From positions 30,318,001-30,382,000 of the forward strand of contig OZ360253.1 of the NCBI GenBank assembly GCA_977017645.1: 64,000 nt of DNA. The letters run 5' to 3'. Under the pieces are notes generated by a model. That model was given only the letters and a program-made list of their open reading frames with translations. It searched no databases and was not told where the DNA came from. Source of the stretch: Torpedo marmorata (Eukaryota). Each line of letters starts with the position of its first letter. The stretch's first letter is position 1. The translations under genes and the position numbers were made by a program. Below, piece after piece: positions 22,637 through 36,262 of this stretch.

Positions 22637-25600
22637 GGTTATACACTGACAGACCCGTCCCCACCAGTACTGTACCCCAGTGTTATACATGACAGACCTG
22701 TCCCCACCAGTACTGTACCCCGGTGTTATACAGTAACAGACCCATCCCCACCAGTACTGTACCCCAGTGTTATACATTGACAGACCAGTCCCCACCAGTA
22801 CTGTACCCCACTGTTATACAGTGACAGAACCAGTACACACCAGTACTGTACCCCAGTGTTATACAGTGACAGACCAGTCCCCACCAGTACTGTACCCTAG
22901 TGTTACACAGTGACAGACCCATCCCCACCAGTACTGTACCCCAGTGTTATACAGTGACAGACCAGTCCCCACCAGTACTGTACCCCAGTGTTATACAGTG
23001 ACAGACCAGTCCCCACCAGTACTCTACCCCAGTGTTATACAGTGACAGACCAGTCCCCACCAGTACTGTACCCCAGTGTTATACAGTGCCAGACCAGTCC
23101 CCACCAGTACTGTACCCTAGTGTTACACAGTGACAGACCCGTCCCCACCAGTACTGTACCCCGGTGTTATACAGTGACAAACCCGTCCCCACCAGTACTG
23201 TACCCCGGTGTTATACAGTGACAGACCCGTCCCCACCAGTACTGTACCCCGGTGTTATACAGTGACAGACCCGTCCCCACCAGTACTGTACCCCGGTATT
23301 ACACAGTGACAGACCCGTCCCCACCAGTACTGTACCCCGGTGTTATACAGTGACAGACCCATCCCCACCAGTACTGCACCCCGGTGTTACACAGTGACAG
23401 ACCCGTCCCCACCAGTAATGTACCCTAGTGTTATACAACGACAGACCCGTCCCCACCAGTAATGTACCCCAATGTTATACAACGACAGACCCGTCCCCAC
23501 CAGTACTGTACCCCGGTGTTACACAGTGACAGACCCGTCCCCACCAGTACTGTACCCCAGTGTTATACAGTGACAGACCCGTCCCCACCAGTACTGTACC
23601 CCGGTGTTATACAGTGACAAACCCATCCCCACCAATACTGTACCCCAGTGTTACACAGTGACAGACCCGTCCCCACCAGTACTGTACCCCAGTGTTACAC
23701 AGTGACAGACCCGTCCCCACCAGTACTGTACCCCGATGTTATACAGTGACAGACCCGTCCCCACCAGTACTGTACCCCAATGTTATACAACGACAGACCC
23801 GTCCCCACCAGTACTGTACCCCGGTGTTACACAGTGACAGACCCGTCCCCACCAGTAATGTACCCCAGTGTTATACAGTGACAGACCCGTCCCCACCAGT
23901 ACTGTACCCCGGTGTTATACAGTGACAAACCCGTCCCCACCAGTACTGTACCCCAGTGTTACACAGTGACAGACCCGTCCCCAGCAGTACTGTACCCCGG
24001 TGTTACACAGTGACAGACCCGTCCCCACCAGTACTGTACCCCGGTGTTACACAGTGACAGACCCGTCCCCACCAGTATTGTACCCCAGTGTTACACAGTG
24101 ACAGACCCGTCCCCACCAGTACTGTACCCCGGTGTTATACAGTGACAGACCCGTCCCCACCAGTACTGTGCCCCGGTGTTATACAGTGACAGACCCGTCC
24201 CCACCAGTACTGTACCCCGGTGTTACACAGTGACAGACCCGTCCCCACCAGTACTGTACCCCAGTGTTATACAGTGACAGACCCGTCCCCACCAGTACTG
24301 TACCCCAGTGTTATACAGTGACAGACCTGTCCCCACCAGTACTGTACCCCAGTGTTACACAGTGACAGACCCGTCCCCACCAGTAATGTACCCCAGTGTT
24401 ATACAGTGACAGACCCGTCCCCACCAGTACTGTACCCCGGTATTATACAGTGACAGACCCATCCCAGTACTGTACCCCGGTGTTACACAGTGACAGACCC
24501 GTCCCCACCAGTACTGTATCCCAGTGTTATACAATGACAGACCCGTCCCCACCAGTACTGTACCCCAGTGTTATACAACGACAGACCCGTCCCCACCAGT
24601 AATGTACCCCGGTGTTATACAGTGACAGACCCGTCCCCACCAGTACTGTACTCTAGTGTTATACAGTGACAGACCCGTCCCCACCAGTAATGTACCCCAG
24701 TGTTATACAGTGACAGACCCGTCCCCATCAGTACTGTACCCCAGTGTTATACAGTGACAGACCCGTCCCCACCAGTACTGTACCCCGGTGTTATACAGTG
24801 ACAGACCCGTCCCCACCAGTACTGTACCCCAGTGTTATACGGTGATAGACCCATCCCCATCATTACTGTACCCCAGTGTTATACAGTGACAGACCCATCC
24901 CCACCAGTACTGTACCCCGGTGTTATACAGTGACAGACCCGTCCCCACCAGTACTGTACCCCAGTGTTATACGGTGATAGACCCATCCCCATCATTACTG
25001 TACCCCAGTGTTACACAGTGACAGACCCATCCCCACCAGTACTGTACCCCGGTGTTATATAGTGACAGACCCGTCCCCACCAGTACTGTACCCCAGTGTT
25101 ATACGGTGATAGACCCATCCCCATCATTACTGTACCCCAGTGTTATACAGTGACAGACCCATCCCCACCAGTACCGTACCCCAGTGTTATACAGTGACAG
25201 ACCCATCCCCACCAGTACTGTACCCCAGTGTTATACAGTGACAGACCCATCCCCACCAGTACTGCACACCAGCGTTATACAGTGACAGACCCATCCCCAC
25301 CAGTACTGTACCCCAGTGTTATACAGTGACAGACCCATCCCCACCAGTACTGCACACCAGCGTTATACAGTGACAGACCCATCCCCACCAGTAATGTACC
25401 CCAGTGTTATACGGTGATAGACCCATCCCCATCATTACTGTACCCCAGTGTTATACAGTGACAGACACGTCCCCACCAGTCCTGTACCCCAGTGTTATAC
25501 AGTGACAGATCCGTCCCCACCTGTACTTACGCCAGTGTTATACAGTGACAGACCCGTCCCCACCAGTACTGTATCCAGTGTTATACAGTGACAGACCCGT

Positions 25601-25970
25601 CCCCACCAGTCCCGTACCCCAGTGTTATACAGTAACGAACCTGTTCCTACCAGTACTGTACCCCAGTGTTATACAGTGACAGACCCTTCTCCACCAGTAC
25701 TGTACCCCAGTTTAATACAGTGACAGACCCGTCCCCACCAGTTCTGTACGCCAGTGTTACACAGTGACAGTCCCGTCCCCATCAGTACTGTACGCCAGTG
25801 TTGTACAGTGACAGACCTGTCCCAAATAGTACTGTACCCCAGTGTTACACAGTGACAGACCCATCACCGGCAGTACTGTACCCGGTATTATACTGTGACA
25901 GACCCATACCCAGCAGTACTTTACCTTGGTGTTATACAGTGACAGACCCGTCCCCACCAGTACTGTTCCT
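22637..25970. repeat. 44-bp minisatellite, about 75 copies
   Basis: Unit CAGTGACAGACCCGTCCCCACCAGTACTGTACCCCAGTGTTATA repeated head to tail with no spacers; edges more degenerate. Confidence 0.98.
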
Positions 25971-25994
25971 CAGTGTCAGAGTTACAGAGAGAGA

Positions 25995-26762
25995 TCAAAA
26001 CCAAGGAACTGATTGTTAACTTCAGGGAGGGAAAACCAGAGATGTATGATCCAGTGATCATTGGGGGATCAGAGGTGGAGAGAGTGAGCAAATTTAAGTT
26101 CTTGGAGGATCTTTCGTGGATCTAACACACTAATGGTATTATGAAGAAAGCACATCAGCGCCTCTACTTCCTCAGGAGATTGCAGAGGTTTGGTATGACA
26201 TCGGAAACCCTGACAAATTTCTACAGATCAGCGGTGGAAAGTATGCTAACCGGCTGCATCACGGCCTGGTATGGGGACACCAATACCTCTGAGCATAAAG
26301 CACTGCAAAAGGTAGTGGACACAGCCCAGGACATCACAGGAAAAACCCTCCCCACCATCGAGAACATCAACAGGGAACGCTGCCGTCGGAGAGCAGCAGC
26401 AATTATCAAGAATCCACATCACCCAGCACACGCTCTGTTCTCACTGCTACCATCAGCAAAGAGGTATAGGTGCCACAAGACTCGCACCACCAGGTTCAGG
26501 AACAGCTGCTACCCCTCCACCATCAGACTCCTCAACAACAAACTCAATTAAGGTCTCTTACTTTTGCACTTTACTGATTTTTTTTATCTCTGTATTGCAC
26601 AGTCAGTTTGTTTATATTCCTTTATTTGTTTACATATGTGCACTGTGTACAGTTTTTTTTGCACTACCAATAAGTGGTAATTCTGCCGCTCCCGCAGGAA
26701 AAAGAATCTCAGGGTTGTATGTGATGTCATGTATGCACTCTGACAATAAATCTGAAATCTGA
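25995..26762 (+). mobile_element. Rex1/Babar subfamily C 3' fragment
   Basis: ORF 26141-26551 [13 protein letters not shown]...RLLNNKLN; (TCTGAAA)n tail. Confidence 0.92.
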
Positions 26763-26769
26763 AAAAAAT

Positions 26770-29157
26770 TAGAACACCGCCATCATCCTGGTCGAAGTGT
26801 ACATTCCGCCCCAGGCTAACGTCAGGCTGGCACTGGAGGGACTGAGCACTGTGATAAACAGCCATGAGATAGCACATCCTGATGCCTTCCCGATCATTGT
26901 GAGAGACTTCAATCAAGCCAACCTGAAGAAGTCACTGACAAACTACCACCAACACATCAAATGCGAGACCAGGGGAACCAACACACTCGACCACTGCTAC
27001 ACCACCATGAAGAACGCATACCGAGCCATACCACGACCGCACTTCGGCAAGTCTGATCACCTGGCTGTACTTCTACTCCCGGCGTACAAGCAGAGACTGA
27101 AGACCACAGCACCAGTGGGGAGGACGGCGAAAGTATGGTCAAGGGAGGCGGAGGAGCGTCTTCAGGACTGCTTTGAATCGGTGGACTAGAACATATTCAA
27201 GAACTCATCCATAGACCTGAATGAATATGCGTGGATGAGTGTGTGCCCACGCGCAAATACCAGGTGTTCCCCAACCAGAAGCCCTGGATGAATCAGAGAA
27301 TTCGCAACCTGCTGAGGGCGAGAACAAGGGCGTTTAAGGCCGGGGACCGGGATCTTTACAAGAAGTCCAGGCACGACCTGCGGAAGGCCATCTCTGAAGC
27401 AAAGTGGCAATTCCGGAGGAAGCTGGAGACAGAGACAGATACACGCCAGCTATGGCAGGGAGTGCAGGCCATTACAGCCTACAAAGCGAGGGCGAACACT
27501 ATAGACGGCTGTGATGCTTCACTACCCAATGAGCTGAACACCTTCTCTGCCCACTTTGAGAAGAAAAACCAAACAGTGCCTACTAGAATCCCTAAAAAGG
27601 CTGAGGACCCTGTGATATCTGTCTCTGAGGGCGACGTCAGAACATTATTCAAGAGGGTGAACCCTCACAAGGCGTCAGGCCCTGACGGCGTACCTGGCAG
27701 GGTACTGAAAATCTGCGCCAACCAACTAGCCGGAGTGTTCACAGACATTTTCAACCTCTCATTGCGGCAGTCAGAGGTTCCCACCTGCTTCAAAAGGGCA
27801 TCAATCATCCCGGTACCCAAGAAGAGTAGTGTGGGCTGCCTCAACGACTACCGCCCAGTAGCAATAACTTCTACTGTGATAAAATGCTTTGAGAGGCTGG
27901 TCATAGCCAGAATTAACACGTACCTAAGCAAAGATCTGGACCAACTGCAATTCGCCTATCGTCACAATCGCTCCACAGCAGATGCAATATCGCTGGTTCT
28001 CCATTCAGCTCTGGATCACCTCGAAAACAGCAATTCGTTCATACAGCTGCTCTTCATCGACAACAGCTCGGCCTTCAATACCACTATTCCCTCAGTGCTG
28101 GTCAAGAAGCTACAAACTCAAGGCCTCTGTACCCCCCTCTGCAACTGGATCCTTGACTTTCTCATCAGAAGACCACAGTCAGTACGAATTGGAAACAACG
28201 TCTCGTCCTCACTGATTATCAACACAGGCGCACCCCAATGATGCGTGCTTAGTCTACTGCTCTACTCGTTATACACCAATGATTGTGTGGCCAGGCACAA
28301 TTCAAATGCTATCTACAAGTTTGCCAATGACACCACAGCAGTCGGCAGAATCACAAACGGCAATGAGGAAGCGTACAGGAGGGAGATAGATCAGCTCATT
28401 GAATGGCGTAACGACAACAACCTTGCGCTCAACGTCAGCAAAACCAAGGAGATGATGGTGGACTTCAGGAGGAAGTCAGGGGGACACGACCCAGTTGTCA
28501 TCGAGGACTCAGTAGTGGAGAGGGTCAAGAACTTCAAATTCCTGGGTGTCAACATCTCCAAGGATCTGTCCTGGAGCATCCACGTTGATGCAATCACAAA
28601 GAAGGCTCACCTGCGGCTATACTTTGTGAGGTGTCTGAGGAGATTCGGTATGTCACCGAAGACTCTCGTAAACTACTACAGGTGTACCGTGGAGACCATT
28701 CTGTCTGGTTGCATCACTGTCTGGTATGGAGGCGCCAACTCTCAGGACAAGAATAAACTCCAGAGGGTTGTTAACTCGGCCTGTGACATCACAGGCACCA
28801 AACTTCACTCCATCGAGGACATCTACATGAGGCGGTGTCTTAAAAAAGCAGCCTCTATCCTCAAAGACCCCCACCACCCAGGCCATGCCCTCTTCACTCT
28901 GCTACCATCGGGAAAAAGGTACAGGAGCCTAAAGTCGAGCACTCAACGGCACAAGGACAGCTTCTTCCCCGCTGCCATCAGATTCCTGAATAATCAATGA
29001 ACCAAAGTCACTGCCTTACTTTTCGTGCACTATTATTTATATTTTTTTATAGTAATGTCGTAAGATGGTTATAATATGAATGTTTGCACTATGATGCTGC
29101 CGCAAAACACCGAATTTCATGACTTGTTCATGACAATAAATTCTGATTCTGATTCTA
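26770..29157 (+). mobile_element. Rex1/Babar subfamily A, longest copy (APE C-terminus plus RT), disabled
   Basis: APE motifs DFNQ, TLDHCY and SDH; RT motifs; stop and frameshift near 27189, stop at 28241; FADD mutated to FAND; (GATTCT)n tail. Confidence 0.95.
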
Positions 29158-29164
29158 AAATAAA

Positions 29165-29420
29165 AGACAACACTCTCTTTCTCGTGTGCGGTCCTTTGAA
29201 GAATCTGATGACAACGGGAAAAATTTGTCCTTGTATCTGGCGGTGCGCGATCTCGCACCCGTGAATCTTCTTCCCAACGGGAATCGGGAGAAGAGAGAGT
29301 ATGCCTGGGATAGGATGAGTCTTTTAATATGTTGCTTTTCCAAGGCAGCGGGAAGTGTAGATGAAGTTGATGTTAGGGGAGGGAGGTTTGCGGGATGGTC
29401 TGAACTGTGTTCACAACTCT
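29165..29420 (-). mobile_element. Diverged Rex1/Babar 3' fragment (a further subfamily)
   Basis: YSLFSRFPLGRRFTGARSRTARYKDKFFP resembles the Rex1 C-terminus. Confidence 0.65.
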
Positions 29421-29511
29421 AACCTCGTCACACCTCAACCAGTTTGTAAAATAGGCATGACCATTATAGTAGTCGTATATATAATATTTTATATTATAGC
29501 ATGGCCTTTCC

Positions 29512-29770
29512 TAAATTTAAATTTAGACATACAGCATGGTAACAGGCCATTTCGGCCCACGAGTCCGTGCCGCCCAATTTACACCCCATTAACCTACATC
29601 CCCGGTATGTCTTTGAACGGTGGGAGGAAACCGGAGCCCCTGGAGAAAACTCACACAGACACAGGGAGAACGTACAAACTCCTTACAGACAGCACGGGAT
29701 TCGAACCCCGGTCCGATCCAGATCGCTGTCGCTGTGAAGGCGTTGCGCTAATCACTATGCCAACCGTGCC
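29512..29770 (-). mobile_element. tRNA-derived V-SINE (HE1-like)
   Basis: Full-length match to the other copies. Confidence 0.88.
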
Positions 29771-30069
29771 ATGGTATCCAGTGCAGAAGAATCCATGGAA
29801 TTCTATCTCCCCTGATGTTAAAAATTAGATAGGGTCCTTTCATCAAGAAGATTAAGTAATGTGCCCAGATCATTTTAATTATTCTGTAGCATTCATTTAT
29901 TAAAGGGAAACCACAGGTTATTTTATGGTCCAAGGTTCTCACAGAGATGGAATCTAGCTCAATATATCTTCTAGGCAGACACTTAAGAGGTTAGAGGGTT
30001 AGCAGCTTCAGGTTTCTGAGGACCTCTCCTGGAGCGAGCACATCAAGGCAACTATGAAGAACAAAAGAA

Positions 30070-30490
30070 GATATAAGAGTAGGAGTTGGCCATCCGGCCC
30101 GTCGAGCCTGCTCCGCCATTCAATGAGATCATGGTCGATATGATAATAGGCTCATCTCCACCTACCTGCCTTTTCCCCATATCCCTTAATTCCCCTACTA
30201 TGTAAAAATCTAACCAACCTTGTCTTAAATCTATTTACTGAGGTCGCCTCCACTGCTTCAATGGGCAGCGAATTCCATCGATTCACCACCCTCTGGGAAA
30301 AGCAGTTCCTCCTCATCTCCGTCCTAAATCTACTACCCTGGATCTTGAGGCTATGTCCCCTAGTTCTAGTCTTCCCCACCAATGGGAACAACTTACCCAC
30401 CTCTATCTTATCCATACCTTTCATAATTTTATACGTTTCTACAAGATCCCCTCTCATTCTTCTAAATTCAAGCGAGCACAGCCCCAGATG
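30070..30490 (-). mobile_element. CR1 3' fragment inserted in an old Rex1 relic (30005-30800, 31425-31500)
   Basis: MRGDLVETYKIMKG...QRVVNRWNSLP. Confidence 0.9.
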
Positions 30491-30799
30491 ACTAGCGAAT
30501 CAAGAAGGCCGTCCAATGCCTCTACTTTCTGAGGAGATTTGGCATGTCATGGAATTCTCCATTAAATTTCTCTTGGTGTACTGTGGCAAGTATACTGACT
30601 GGTTGCATCACCGCCAAGAATGCAGAAGGCAGCAGAAAGTGGCAAGCCAAGCCAAGACCATCACGGGCACAGATTTGAGGTCAATGTGACATCAATGTGA
30701 GGCGCTGCCTCAAGAAGGCAGCCAACATCATAAAGGACCTCCGTCATCCTGATCACAACTGCTTCTCACTGCTCCATTCGGGCAGAAGTTACAGACCAC

Positions 30800-31425
30800 G
30801 GGTTCTGCGCCCAAGATAGCGGTGCCTATGATCGGCAGCAGCCACAAGGGGTTGCAGACTTTAGGGAAGTGGAGGACTGGTGCAGGGCACCAGAAGACGG
30901 TAAGACCACCTCCCCCCCCCCCCACCGCCGTCTGAGAAAGATAAGCAGAGGAGACGGCTCACAGGACGGTGACCACGGCAGCGGACCAATGAGGGGCTCT
31001 GCGGCTGAAGAAACGCACAGGCGGTGGTCTGTTGGCGACTCGAGGCGAGTATCCCACGCAGGCTGCGGACTGCTGGAGACTGGCTGAAGGGGTGCCAGGT
31101 ATCGGAACCGGGATGCGAGAGGGTGCCGAGGGCGCTGAAGGGTTCCTAATTGTATCGGAGGTTCGGATCTGGAGCTCGGGCTGCTGATGGTTTGGACTCG
31201 ACTCTGTGTGGCTGCGGAGGCTGCGGGAGCGCTGGAGGCAAATCCACGGACACTTGCGGTCTCTGAGGAAACTCTCTTTTGCTTAACTTTCTCTGACTGT
31301 TAGAGGCGCTTCAGGCAATTTCTGCCGATGGCAAATCTGTCTGCCTTACAGCAGACAAAAGGCAATTTTGTGTAATATGACACTGTTTTTATTACATGAC
31401 AATGAATTGAATCTTGAATCTTGAA
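30800..31425 (+). mobile_element. GC-rich non-autonomous retroelement, 5'-truncated
   Basis: Aligns by eye to 32160-33957; hairpin at 31337-31358; CATGACAATGAA plus (ATCTTGA)n tail. Confidence 0.82.
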
Positions 31426-31954
31426 TCCTGAAGTCCAGCACCTCGAGGTTGAAGAACAGCTTTCTTTCAACAGCTATCAAATATGTGAACCTCCCCATTC
31501 TACCCTAACCATAAGCTACTCTGGGACCACCCAAAGATCTATTGAAAAATCACCTTTCTTTGCAATATCTGTTACTGTGGATATTTATTTATCTATCCTT
31601 TTTTACATATTATCCCTTTTTCCGCAGCATGGCGTGTTGTGTTAATTCCATTTATACTATTGTAGCTGGTCTATCTTGCATATCTGTGTGTCTGCAGAAT
31701 TTTGGTGCAAGCATACATTGCACTGACAGTAAACTCAAACACTATGATGTGCTATCTTTTGAATGCTTGAAGACTATCAAGGGTGTCTGCACTTCCATAA
31801 AGATGATTTAATTGGCTGTAAAGTGCAGAAGTCGTGAAAGTCGTTACATAATTGCAATTTTAATTTCAGTGACTGACTTAATGTATTACACATGTTCCAA
31901 GCCTCCCAAGAAATGCATCCCCACTGACTCCAGGGAATCCCTGGCCCATAGAGT

Positions 31955-33957
31955 TTGGTGGAAAAATGGCGGCACTGCGGGAGCTGCTGTAACGGCAGCG
32001 CTGCCGCTGGTGCGGACCCGGGAGAGCGGGGAGTGGAGACACAGCGCTGCTCCCCAAGGGGTTCAGCTACCCGGGCCTAATGCCAAGGGCTCCATACAGG
32101 CTTTAAATGGCCTGTTAAAGGAGCCCGGCGGTGATTTCATTTAAAATCCTGCAACTTCGGGGTCTTGTGCCCAAGATGGCAGAGCCTGTGCTTAGCAGCG
32201 ACCACGGGGGGGGTTGTAGACTTCGGGGGAGCAGAGGACCGGCGCGGGGCACCAGAAACGCGGAGAACATCCACACATTGAGAAGGAGAAGAAGAGGAGA
32301 GGACCCCTACAGGACGGTGACCACGGCGGCGGACCAGCGAGGGGTTCAGGGGCTGAGGGACCCGCGCAGGCTGCGGGCTGCTGGAGACTGGATCATGGGG
32401 ACCATGTATCGGAGCCGGGATCCGGGATGGTTCTGGGGGCAAGGAGGGCTCCCGAAGGGCCTCGGGTGCTAAAGACTTCCTTTTTTTTTGAATATTTTAT
32501 TTTAATTTTTTAATAATACAAATTTACCCCATCCCTTCTCCCCTTCCCCCCCAACCACCCCCCCCCCACAAAATATGCATTCATATCACAAATATCTATG
32601 TATATTAAAAAAAAGAAAATAGAAAGAAAAGAGAAAAAAGAAATTTTTGGATTGCATAGAGGAGCACCGCTCGTGACACATCTCAACATATCATATAAAT
32701 ACATTTAGAGGACGATCTCGCATTTCTGGAGGTGTTTAAAACCTCTTTACAGATTTAATCTCATTATTTGGGTATACGGGCGCCATATCTACAAAAAAGT
32801 AGAATATTTATTCCTCAAATTATATGTAATGTTTTCTAAAGGAATACAGCTTTGAATTTCAGCATGCCAACTTTGCATATCCAAGGATGTATCGGATTTC
32901 CAAGTCACAGCAATACATTTCCTTGCTACTGCTGAAGCTAATTTAACAAACACCAATTGATAATTTGATAGTTTCAATTTAGGTCTTGCACCCTCAATAT
33001 TCCCTAAAAGAGCTAAATCGGGGGTTTGTTGAAATACAATTCCTGTAACTTGTTCTAAAAAATTCCGTGTATCTAACCAAAAGGTTTTTACCTTGGGGCA
33101 AGACCAAGTTGAATGTATAAAAGAACCTACATCTTCACCACATCTAAAACATTGATCAGATAATTCTGGTTTTATTTTATGTAACTTCTGTGGTGTCAGA
33201 TATAACTGATGCAAAAAATTATATTTAACTAATCTATATCTTACATATATAGCATTAGTCATAGAATCTTTACATAGATTTTCCCATAATTGTTGATCAA
33301 TTGTAATATTTAAATCTGTTTCCCATCTCTGTCGAGATCTATTTAACACTTGTTTAGGAGCTCCAGCTTGTAGTAGTTCATAAATCTTAGAAGTAATTTT
33401 TTTTAACAATTCCTCTCCTAATCAAAAGTTCTACTTCATTACATCGAGGTAAAGACATAGTTGGTCCCAATTTATCTCTCAGATATGCTTTTAATTGGAA
33501 ATAACAAAAAAAAGTATTTTGTGGTATGGCATATTTGTTCCTCAACTGTAGAAACGACATTAATTGACCTCTTTCATAACAATCTTCAAGATTTACAATC
33601 CCATTACGGTGCCAAATATTCAAAAATTGATTATCTCTTGAAAAAGCTATAAATGGATTTTGATTTCGGGTGCTAAAGACTTCCTGATCGTGTCAGAGGT
33701 TTGGATCTGGAGCTCGGGTCGCCGAATGATCAAACAGGAGTCTGTGCGGCTGCAGAGGCTGCAGGAGCGCTGGAGGTGAATCCACGGACACTCAGTGTCT
33801 CTGAAGGGACTCTCTTTTGCTTCCTTTTCTCTCTTACTGTAAGGGGTGCCGGGCGACACTAATGGTGACTCTTTGACTGTCTTACAGCAGACAGAAGGCA
33901 ATTTTGTGTAATATTACATGTTCTGCACTATTACATGACAATAAAGGAATCTTGAGC
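31955..33957 (+). mobile_element. GC-rich non-autonomous retroelement, longest copy (~0.8 kb), split by an L1
   Basis: Starts AAAATGGCGGC; 31955-32481 plus 33686-33957; ends TATTACATGACAATAAAGGAATCTTGA; no recognisable coding region. Confidence 0.82.
32482..33665 (-). mobile_element. L1/Tx1-type LINE 3' fragment with 20-bp TSD
   Basis: ORF2 C-terminus with CFRC..HSTWSC zinc knuckle; poly(A); TSD TCGGGTGCTAAAGACTTCCT at 32462-32481 and 33666-33685. Confidence 0.95.
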
Positions 33958-34799
33958 ATTGGGAATGGTGTTGAGAACCGTGAGTTCATGCATTGGGAAC
34001 TCTCTTGGAAAGAGCATACAACCTCACAAACCTCTGACTTACCTGCCTGTGTCAGGAAGCACAGCTCCATCCCTGGAACAGTCTGCACTCTCACATTGCC
34101 CTCGTATCAGAACACACAAAACCAGAATGAAAGCCAACACCCTTGTTCCCAAGGTACTGCCGAGGAGGGCACAAATAAACAAACGCAGAACAACTGAGAA
34201 GATTGATATTTTGGCTGCTACAATTTCTACCCTGCAAACACAACTGTAGTTCAAATCCTTTTTTTTATTAAAAGTCTATAGGACTTTGAAGGCACTATAG
34301 AAATTAAAGTTTGTTTTTCTTTAAAGAAGAAATACTGCAAACAGTGATCCTCAGATATTTTCATGAATATTATTTCCTTCTGACCTTTCAAGTTGCAGCA
34401 ATGAATTACATTCTGAAACATGCTACCAAGAAAGCCAATATTCTTTGATTACAACCTACTGAGAGTCTGAGATGCAAAAAACTAATAAACCCTTTAGGGC
34501 ACCAGTTTAGATTATCGCTGAGATTTCAGGAGCAATTTGCAGAATAAATTTCATAGCCTACAGAATCAGCCAGGATTCAAAAGTCGGCTTTTGAATGACC
34601 GATGCAATAACTGAATCTTATCTAAAATTCTCACAGGAAATATTAGCTTAGTACATTATTTAAGGCAGGCTTCATGTTCTGTATCTCTTGTCAAATGGTT
34701 ACAGTGGTCCTCCAGACCAATCAACCACAAATCCTGCTTTTATATAGCACCTTAACTTTGCAACCCATCTCAAAGTGGATCGCACAAGAGTTGGAACGC

Positions 34800-35287
34800 A
34801 GAACATTACGTCACAGTACAGGCCCTTGATGTTGTGCTATATTCCTACCAAAAAAAAAAAACGAAACCCTTCCTATCTCGTAATCCTCTTGTTTTTCTTT
34901 CATCCATGTGCCTGTCTAAGAGTCTCTTAAATGCCCCTAATGTTTCAGCCTCCACCACCACCCCTGGCAAGGCATTCCAGACACCCACAACTCTGTATAA
35001 AAACTTACCCCTAAACATTCTTCCCTTCTCTTTGTAGAGATGGTGTTTGCTATTCCTGCCCTGGGAAAAAGGCGCTGGCTGTCCACCTTAGCCTCTCAGA
35101 ATCTTGTAGACCTCTATCAAGTTTCCTCTCATCCTTCTTCGCTCCAAAGAGAAAAGTCCCAGCTCTGCTAACCTTGCCTCATAAGACTTATTTTCCAATC
35201 CAGGCAACATCCTGGTAAATCTCCTCTGAACCCTCTCCATAGCTTCCACATCCTTCCTATAATGAGGTGACCAGAACTGAACACAAA
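34800..35287 (-). mobile_element. CR1 3' fragment
   Basis: CTCTCATCCTTCTTCGCTCCAAAGAGAAAAG...AGGTGACCAGAACTGAACACAA, CR1 antisense. Confidence 0.8.
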
Positions 35288-35604
35288 TTAAAGAAATGTT
35301 GGCATTTATATTTGGACAGTTAAGAAAAGAGGTAGATTTTAAACGACATCTTGCATTTATATGGCGCCTTTCTCACCCCTTTCAGGATATTGCAAGGCAC
35401 TTTATTGCCATCAAAAAGGATGAGGAGCAAGAGGTGGACAGTTTTATGAATTAATTGTTTTATTGTCTCGTGCATTGAAATACAACAGGCATCTTTGTGT
35501 TGTGTGCTATCCAGGCAGGTAATGCAACAGTGTAGGGGGGAATGTTAGTTGTCAAATAGTACAGGGATGGAGAAAAGTACAAAATCGTGGGGAATCTAGA
35601 CAAG

Positions 35605-36262
35605 CAAGTTCCTCAGAGTTCACTTAACTAGTGACCTATCATGGACACACAACATCTCCTCACTTGTCAGGAAGGCGCAACAGCGACTGCACTTGCCTGA
35701 GAAGACTGAAGCGGACAAGGCTACCGGCCACCATTATATCAACCTTCTACAGGAGCTCTATCGAGAGCGTCCTGGCCGGCTGCATCACAGTGCGTTACGG
35801 TTGCTGTAAAGAAATGGATCGGAGGTCAATCCACAGGACCATAAGAGCGGCAGAGAGGATCACTGGGGTCTCCCTCCCCTCCATCAATGTGATCTACCAG
35901 GATCGTTGTCTGAAGGACCCCTTCCACCCTGCACATAGCATCTTTCAGCTGCTTCCGACGGGGAAGAGATACAGGAGTATCAGAGCCAGCACCACCAGGC
36001 TGAGGAACAGCTTCTTCCCACGGGCAGTGAGAATGCTGAACGACCAAAGGAACTGCTCACACTAACCATCCGAGACTCTCATATTCATGAAACAATATTT
36101 ATTTATTTATTTGTATAGATGAATACTTGTCCTGCATGTGTATTGTTTGTCGGTATGTGTTACATCTGGTTATGTGTCTGCGTGTTTTGCACCGAGGACC
36201 GGAGAACGCTGTTTCTTCGGGTTGTACTTTTGCAATCAGATGACAATAAACTTGACTTGACT
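35605..36262 (+). mobile_element. Rex1/Babar subfamily D 3' fragment
   Basis: TFYRSSIESVLAGCIT...RLRNSFFPRAVRMLNDQ; (ACTTG)n tail. Confidence 0.9.

Noticed and set aside
22900-25860. CACAGTG heptamers as V(D)J recombination signals
   Set aside because: They arise from a TATA>TACA unit variant; no ACAAAAACC nonamer at 12/23 spacing and no Ig/TCR segments were seen.
22637-25970. CRISPR array or repeat-protein ORFs
   Set aside because: Head-to-tail units with no unique spacers in a eukaryotic context; the ORFs are by-products of the 44-bp period.
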